A stretch of 32,000 nucleotides of DNA, from the NCBI GenBank assembly GCA_963676105.1, contig OY781039.1:1920001-1952000 (forward strand), in the 5' to 3' direction. The position numbers were made by a program, and so were the translations under genes. The stretch's first letter is position 1. Each line of letters opens with the position of its first letter. This DNA comes from Erysipelotrichaceae bacterium. GTDB lineage: Bacteria; Bacillota_I; Bacilli_A; Erysipelotrichales; Erysipelotrichaceae. Below the pieces are notes generated by a model. It saw only the letters and a program-made list of their open reading frames with translations. It did no database searches and had not been told where the DNA came from. Positions 26,749-32,000 of the stretch are shown piece after piece.

Positions 26749-27156
26749 ATGAACAATACGATAGAATTTACACTCTCAACCCCAACACTTTTATTTTCAG
26801 CAATATCACTTTTAATGTTGGCTTATACCAATCGTTTTGTGGTCATTGCGAATTTAATACGCGAACTCTATGATCGCTATGAAAAAGAACCAAGTGATAT
26901 CATATCAAATCAATTAATTAATCTTAGAAAACGGATGAAAATTATCAGGAATATGCAAGTTTTTGGTGGCTTTAGCTTTTTCTTTTCAGTGCTTAGTTTA
27001 TTATTGATTTTAATACAATTGATTGGACTTGCTGAAATAAGTTTTGCGATTAGTGTATTATTCTTGTTGATCTCATTAGCCCTACTCATTATTGAACTGA
27101 ACATTTCAGTCAATGCCTTAAATATTCAATTAAAAGATTTCAAAGAAAAAGACTGA
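26749..27156 (+). CDS. DUF2721-like membrane protein
   Basis: 135 aa; TPTLLFSAISLLMLAYTNRFVVIANLIRELY resembles the DUF2721 N-terminal helix (from memory). Three TM segments. No SD. Confidence 0.5.
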   Translation: MNNTIEFTLSTPTLLFSAISLLMLAYTNRFVVIANLIRELYDRYEKEPSDIISNQLINLRKRMKIIRNMQVFGGFSFFFSVLSLLLILIQLIGLAEISFAISVLFLLISLALLIIELNISVNALNIQLKDFKEKD

Positions 27157-27174
27157 TCGCTCAGTCTTTTGTGT
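27146..27174. terminator. Bidirectional terminator between convergent genes
   Basis: AAAAA-GACTGA(27151-27156)-tcgc-TCAGTC(27161-27166)-TTTT, with T-runs available on both strands. Confidence 0.7.
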
Positions 27175-28218
27175 TTATTCCCAGTTGATATAGTCAGCAT
27201 CTGTTTCAACAACTTGAATCCAAGTGTTTCCTGGTTGCATCACGAGTTCAGTACCATCATCTAACCACCAGTGTGTAGTATCGTCTTCAAAGTCTTTTGT
27301 CCATGTACCGGACATATGTTTTCCATCAATAAAGAAATCGGCTTTTCCAGCGTATTTAAATTCTACAAGGACATAAACTTTAATTTGAGAATGTTCTGCA
27401 TATTGAACGATGATATTCGTTGCACTGATTTGTTTGTCATACAGTGCGTCAATATGTTCTTTACCTTCAATAAAACGTAGATATTGCCCAGTACTTTCAT
27501 CAAATTCATAAGTGACTAAATTTGGTGTTTCTGTTGGATAGTCAATATTGATTGTTGTTGCTGATTCAGTACTTGTACTATACGCTTCCTCATCCCATGC
27601 AAAGTGTTCAGGTGGCCACATATCAATATCTTCTAAATCTTGAAATGCTTCTGCTAATGAAATATAAGCATTATGAGGTGATGGTTTATCAGTTGTTCTA
27701 AAGAAGTATTCATCATTAATCCCAGCCACCGCATCATAACGATAAGGAACAAATAATTCTTGGAGTTGAGCTAGTGCATTAACTTCATCAGGATTGGCTG
27801 TTCCATCTTGACCCACTGGCCCAGCACCTCCGTAATGAACTAATGCGGTTCGCCATTCATTGTAGATTCGTACAAATGGAACACGAATAGATCTAAGTGG
27901 TCCAACTTTTTCTGGGATTTCACCTTCGAAAATAGCCATAAACCGAGTTTCATAGTATTCATCTTTGATAACTTCATAGACAATATCTGCTTCACTAATA
28001 CCGTATTGAGGTCTCGCAACAGCAGAATTATTGATCATAACAGCCACCGCTTTATACTTAATTTTTTCATTTTCATCTAAAGCAGAACCATCGAAGATAT
28101 TTCGACTTATTTCAATCTCAGGCTCAGGCTCTGGCTCTTCCACAACTTCTGGTTCTGCTTCACTACAAGCCACAAGTGTGAATGCAATTAAACTAATTAA
28201 AAATAATTTTTTAAACAT
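27175..28218 (-). CDS. DUF3048 (YerB-like) lipoprotein
   Basis: Lipobox FTLVAC|SE, a Pro/Glu linker, and AVMINNSAVARPQYGISEADIVYE, which is characteristic of DUF3048. SD aagggg. Confidence 0.7.
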   Translation of the reverse strand: MFKKLFLISLIAFTLVACSEAEPEVVEEPEPEPEIEISRNIFDGSALDENEKIKYKAVAVMINNSAVARPQYGISEADIVYEVIKDEYYETRFMAIFEGEIPEKVGPLRSIRVPFVRIYNEWRTALVHYGGAGPVGQDGTANPDEVNALAQLQELFVPYRYDAVAGINDEYFFRTTDKPSPHNAYISLAEAFQDLEDIDMWPPEHFAWDEEAYSTSTESATTINIDYPTETPNLVTYEFDESTGQYLRFIEGKEHIDALYDKQISATNIIVQYAEHSQIKVYVLVEFKYAGKADFFIDGKHMSGTWTKDFEDDTTHWWLDDGTELVMQPGNTWIQVVETDADYINWE

Positions 28219-28303
28219 AGATTATCCCCTTATTCTTAAGTTCTATTATAAACACAAAAAGACAACAATAACTAAAAAGCATCGTTTTGATAGTGATATA
28301 ATG

Positions 28304-28312
28304 TTTCATATT
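28304..28312 (+). promoter_or_regulatory. Extended -10 element upstream of the EamA-M32 gene pair
   Basis: TGaTATAAT (hexamer 28307-28312), ~17 nt upstream of the ATG at 28329. No good -35. Confidence 0.4.
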
Positions 28313-28328
28313 AGAAAAGGTGTTTAAT

Positions 28329-29231
28329 ATGGCTAAAAACAAGACATTATTAACAGCGCTCGCTTTTTTTTCGGTTTATCTTTTTTGGGGTGGAACTTAT
28401 ATTGGAATGAAGTTTGCTTTAGAATCATTTCCACCTTTTTTTATGGCGGGAGTCAGACACTTTAGTGCAGGATTAATTCTACTTACTTATGCTTTAATTA
28501 AAGGTGAAGAAAAACCTAGTTTAAAACAATGGGGACATGGTGCGGTTGTAGGTGTTGTCATGTTGATGTTTGGTAATGGTTTAGTCGCATATGCTGAACA
28601 AGTTATTCCATCTTCAATTGCGTCACTTGTGATAACCACAACACCTTTTTGGATCTTACTTTTAAACTGGAAGTTTGGAGATCGTTCAAAACCTAAGCGC
28701 ATAGAAATTATCACTTTACTGATTGCCTTTATAGGTATCCTTTTACTTATTTTCCAAGGCGAAAGTTTAAACGTTGAATCACTAGATAGTATTGGCATGA
28801 TGATTATTGCGTTTGCGGCATTTTGTTGGTCAGCAGGATCACTCTATTCACGCTATAAACCGGTTCCTAAATCATCTTATTTCAATATTGCTTCACAAAC
28901 CATTAGTGGAGGCATCATACTATTAATCTTTTCATTTTCAATTCAAGAAGCTCAAACTTTTGATATCCATAGCATTACAAATAATGCCATGATTGCGATG
29001 GTCTATTTAATTGTATTTGGTTCTATTATTGGCTATAGTTCTTATATCTGGTTAATGAAGAATGTAAGTCCAAGTTTAGCTAGTTCTAATGCCTTTATTA
29101 ACCCAGTAGTAGCCTTAATATTAGGCTATCTTTTGGCAAATGAAGTATTAAGCACACAATCACTCTTTGCGGCATTTATTATTATTTCTGCCGTTACCAT
29201 TTTAACTTTAAGCAAACGTAAAAAAGCATAG
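28329..29231 (+). CDS. EamA/DMT-family transporter (10 TM)
   Basis: Two EamA-like halves. The start is moved from GTG 28320 to ATG 28329 (MAKNKTLL), with SD gaaaagg 8 nt upstream. Confidence 0.8.
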   Translation: MAKNKTLLTALAFFSVYLFWGGTYIGMKFALESFPPFFMAGVRHFSAGLILLTYALIKGEEKPSLKQWGHGAVVGVVMLMFGNGLVAYAEQVIPSSIASLVITTTPFWILLLNWKFGDRSKPKRIEIITLLIAFIGILLLIFQGESLNVESLDSIGMMIIAFAAFCWSAGSLYSRYKPVPKSSYFNIASQTISGGIILLIFSFSIQEAQTFDIHSITNNAMIAMVYLIVFGSIIGYSSYIWLMKNVSPSLASSNAFINPVVALILGYLLANEVLSTQSLFAAFIIISAVTILTLSKRKKA

Positions 29232-29246
29232 AAGGAGATTACAAAA

Positions 29247-30740
29247 ATGAATAAAGAAGAAGCTTTAAAACAATACGAAGAAACACGTCAAAAAATTGCA
29301 GCATATCGATTAGCCTTGAACACAACCGCTTGGGATAATGCGACTGTTGCGCCTAAAAAAGGAGCAGCCTATCGTAATCAAATGATGGCGATATTAGCGG
29401 GAGAACTTTTTAGTATTGAAACAGATAAAAGTTATTTGGATCTGATTGAATCACTCAGTCAAATGGATTTAGATGATGATTTTAAAAGAGAAATCAATCA
29501 AATCAAACTTGAACAAGATAAATCTAAATATATCCCAAAAGAAGTCTATGTAGAATATTCGCAACTACTACATGATGGGGAAACTTTATGGGAAGAAGCT
29601 AAAGATAAAAAAGATTATGAATTGTTTAAACCAATCTTGAAACAACTCATTGAGATGACTAAAAAGGTTGTTTCATATCGAAAAGATGATCGCAGTGTTT
29701 ATGATCAATTACTTGATGATTTTGAACCTGACTTTAATGTTGAGAAATATGATGTTTTCTTTGAAAAAGTAAAAGCTGATTTAGTCCCTTTAATTCATCA
29801 AATCAATAATTTAAACACACAGCGCTTTGCTTGGTTGGATGAAAAGGTATCGGTTGATGTACAAAGAAAATTAGTTAACAAACTTGCGGAGTTCTTAAAC
29901 TTCTCAAAAGAAACAGGTTTAATCTCAGAAAGTGCGCATCCATTTAGTGAAGGATTTTCAGCTTATGATAATCGTGTAACTGTTAAATATCATGAAGACA
30001 ACTTTACGTCTTCATTATTTGCATTAATTCATGAAGTGGGGCATGCGACTTATAATGGCCAAGTAGATGAAAAATATAATGGTCATCATGTGGCTAATTC
30101 TATGTCATTTGGGATGCATGAATCTCAATCACGTTTATTTGAAAATATGTTAGGCAGATCAAAAGCCTTTTGGACAAGCTTATATCCATTCTTTAAAGAA
30201 GAAGTGTCATGTTTAAAAAATGTAGGTTTGGAAGAATTTATATTTGGCGTTAATTTCGTAGAAAGTTCGCTTATACGTATTGAAGCAGATGAATTAACTT
30301 ATCCACTACATATCTTAATTCGTTATGAAATTGAAAAAGAACTCTTTAATGGCACATTAGAAGTTGAAGGCTTAGATAAAGTCTGGGCTGACAAATATGA
30401 AGCTTACTTAGGTATTCGACCACAAAACGTAGCTGAAGGTGTACTACAAGATATTCATTGGTCAGGTGGTGCCTTTGGTTATTTCCCAACTTATGCACTT
30501 GGTTCAGCTTATTCTGCACAATGGATGCATCAAATGCGAAAAGAATTAGAGGTAGATGCTTACCTAGAAAAAGGTAGTACCAGTGAAATCTTAGCTTGGC
30601 TAAAATCTAAGATTCATCAAACGGGTGGTCTATATAAGGCTGAAGAACTCTTATTAGAAGTTACAGGGGAAAGCTTTAATCCTCAATATTATGTAGATTA
30701 TTTAGTCAATAAATTCAAAACTCAATATAAACTAAAGTAA
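29247..30740 (+). CDS. M32 family metallocarboxypeptidase (Taq-type)
   Basis: 497 aa with HEVGHATY (HExxH), AHPF, HESQSRLFEN, IRIEADELTYPLHI and DIHWSGGAFGYFPTY, all M32 hallmarks. Confidence 0.9.
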   Translation: MNKEEALKQYEETRQKIAAYRLALNTTAWDNATVAPKKGAAYRNQMMAILAGELFSIETDKSYLDLIESLSQMDLDDDFKREINQIKLEQDKSKYIPKEVYVEYSQLLHDGETLWEEAKDKKDYELFKPILKQLIEMTKKVVSYRKDDRSVYDQLLDDFEPDFNVEKYDVFFEKVKADLVPLIHQINNLNTQRFAWLDEKVSVDVQRKLVNKLAEFLNFSKETGLISESAHPFSEGFSAYDNRVTVKYHEDNFTSSLFALIHEVGHATYNGQVDEKYNGHHVANSMSFGMHESQSRLFENMLGRSKAFWTSLYPFFKEEVSCLKNVGLEEFIFGVNFVESSLIRIEADELTYPLHILIRYEIEKELFNGTLEVEGLDKVWADKYEAYLGIRPQNVAEGVLQDIHWSGGAFGYFPTYALGSAYSAQWMHQMRKELEVDAYLEKGSTSEILAWLKSKIHQTGGLYKAEELLLEVTGESFNPQYYVDYLVNKFKTQYKLK

Positions 30741-30791
30741 GAATATCCTATTGAGTTAAAGAAAGTTATATATTCATTTGAATGTCTAAAG

Positions 30792-30826
30792 AGATAAGTG
30801 CATGTGGGCCTTATCTTTTTTCTTTT
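30792..30826 (+). terminator. Terminator after the M32 carboxypeptidase gene
   Basis: AGATAAG(30792-30798), 11-nt loop, CTTATCT(30810-30816), followed by TTTTTCTTTTG. Confidence 0.6.
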
Positions 30827-30902
30827 GTTTAAGATTAAGTCTAATGGTATAGATGTGGATATACGCAAATCTTAATTCTTGTAATGATATAAAAATCGAT
30901 TT

Positions 30903-31487
30903 TTAATATTCTTGATAAGAATCTTTTTCATAAATAAGTTTAGCTTTAGATATAAAATAGTTTGAGTCGTCATAATCTAGATTTAATGTTTTAAATTTTT
31001 GAATCATCTCATCAATTGTTTTAAATTCATAATCATGTCTAGGTGACGTATTTTCCATTTCTATCATAAGGTGTTCATTATTGACCCATTGGCTTATTAG
31101 ACTGAATTCACCATTATCATAAACGGTACACTCATCATAAACACGAATGAAAACTTTATAGTTTAATGTTTCAAAAGCTCTAATGACATACTCAGGATCA
31201 TGGACTTCATAGTTTATATCCATTTGGTCAAGGATATCACCATTGTTTGCATAGTCTTTTTGTTTATATACAATTTTGTAGTTGTCATTGTTTTTACGTA
31301 AAATAAGACATCTTTTCAAGACATTGTGGAATTTTAAGATTTGTGGATTTGTTGATTGGGGAATGAGATAGATATCATCTAAAACAAAATACGCAACTTG
31401 TTTGAAACCTTGTTTCTTTAAATCGTTATCAAGTTCTTCCATACTAGAATTTATTAATACAGTTATTTCATTTTTCATATTCAGCAT
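30903..31487 (-). CDS. Hypothetical protein, CYTH (class IV adenylate cyclase / triphosphatase)-like pattern with degraded catalytic motifs
   Basis: 194 aa. The alternating beta-strand pattern and block order resemble CyaB/CYTH proteins by eye (EITVLI..., DDIYL, LILRK, IVYKQK, INYEV, ECTVY, MIEME, C-terminal helix). The ExExK signature is absent. No SD; alternative ATG at 31478. Confidence 0.35.
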   Translation of the reverse strand: MLNMKNEITVLINSSMEELDNDLKKQGFKQVAYFVLDDIYLIPQSTNPQILKFHNVLKRCLILRKNNDNYKIVYKQKDYANNGDILDQMDINYEVHDPEYVIRAFETLNYKVFIRVYDECTVYDNGEFSLISQWVNNEHLMIEMENTSPRHDYEFKTIDEMIQKFKTLNLDYDDSNYFISKAKLIYEKDSYQEY

Positions 31488-31493
31488 TTATAG

Positions 31494-31531
31494 TATAAAA
31501 CAAAAAGAATGAAACATAAGGTTCCATTCTT
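31494..31531 (-). terminator. Terminator after the HD-GYP gene (minus strand)
   Basis: Minus-strand AAGAATGGAAC-cttat-GTTTCATTCTT with one G-U pair, followed by TTTTGTTTTAT. On the + strand the same position would be an A-C mismatch, so the hairpin is strand-specific. Confidence 0.75.
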
Positions 31532-32000
31532 TAAGCTCTTAATTCAACATCTACTGTCGCAGCACGGGTTGGTTCGATCATCACATCACCTTGATCAATT
31601 AAATTGATAAAGATTTGTGATAATTCTGGATCAAATTGTCCGCCGGCATTTCGTCTGATTTCTTCAACCGCATATTCAACCGTATGATAAGTTTTATAGT
31701 GACGATCAGATGTAATCGCATCAAAGGCATCAGCTAAGCAAATACATCTTGCGCCAAATGGAATGTTTTCACCTCTAAGTTGACGAGGATAACCACGACC
31801 ATCATATCGTTCGTGATGTCCAATAACGGCAGGTATAACTTTATTAAAAGTAGGTAAATACTTAATAATGGTGACGGATAAATCTACATGACGTTTCATC
31901 ACTTCAAATTCTTCATTGGTTAAACGAGTTGTCTTGGTTAAAATATGTTCTGGTATACCAATCTTACCAATGTCATGAAGAAGTGAAGCTTGTCGAATGA
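31531..32000 (-). CDS. HD-GYP domain protein (cyclic-di-nucleotide phosphodiesterase family), 5' end outside window
   Basis: The frame stays open to base 32000 (IRQASLLHDIGKIGIPEHILTK...). HD motif LLHDIGK and HHERYDGRGYP are present. The ORF-track GTG at 31902 is internal. Confidence 0.88.
   Translation of the reverse strand, partial: IRQASLLHDIGKIGIPEHILTKTTRLTNEEFEVMKRHVDLSVTIIKYLPTFNKVIPAVIGHHERYDGRGYPRQLRGENIPFGARCICLADAFDAITSDRHYKTYHTVEYAVEEIRRNAGGQFDPELSQIFINLIDQGDVMIEPTRAATVDVELRA

Noticed and set aside
30781-30831. 16-codon mini-ORF (MSKEISACGPYLFSFV) after the carboxypeptidase gene
   Set aside because: It has no SD, and it is simply the translated terminator hairpin and T-tract.
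30852-30860. DnaA-box-like TGTGGATAT
   Set aside because: It is a single 8/9 match with no cluster of boxes and no AT-rich unwinding context suggestive of an origin.
30829-30903. Inverted repeats TTAAGATT/AATCTTAA (31-nt loop) and the palindrome AAAAATCGATTTTT next to the stop of the CYTH-like gene
   Set aside because: These are short, AT-rich matches with a long loop, within chance expectation for this composition. No functional context is evident.

Overview
AT-rich, standard-code (UGA = stop) chromosomal segment of Firmicutes/Mollicutes-like character. That attribution is inferred from composition, lipobox lipoproteins and an MG284/ArpU-type small ORF. The window is almost entirely core housekeeping. 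On the + strand from the left: the 3' part of asnS, a membrane-anchored amidase-like protein and an ABC-F ATPase. Next comes a five-gene peptide ABC importer (oppABCDF-type) with an attenuating terminator after oppA, then a stand-alone tRNA-Ser(CGA). A complete nine-gene V/A-type ATPase operon follows (G-like, C, I, K, F, E, A, B, D). After it lie a small sigma-region-4-like ORF and ptsI without ptsH, then pflB-pflA behind a composite regulatory region. The right end is mixed-strand: proC-azlC-azlD (-), a DUF2721-like membrane protein (+), a DUF3048/YerB-like lipoprotein (-), an EamA transporter and an M32 carboxypeptidase (+), a CYTH-like ORF (-) and a 5'-truncated HD-GYP gene (-). I recognised no CRISPR, IS/transposase, integrase, phage, toxin-antitoxin or defence genes, and no long repeats. 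I do not see a convincing novel multi-gene system, so this reads as an ordinary core region. The most unusual items are modest. They are a V-ATPase K (proteolipid) subunit with a non-homologous two-helix N-terminal extension ending in a signal-peptidase-like site, a CYTH-like ORF with a degraded catalytic signature next to an HD-GYP gene, and a small HTH ORF sitting where ptsH normally is. The others are an amidase-like domain with apparently substituted catalytic residues, and operator-like palindromes and repeats at the pflBA and oppA promoters. All family calls come from motif recognition by eye; no searches were run.
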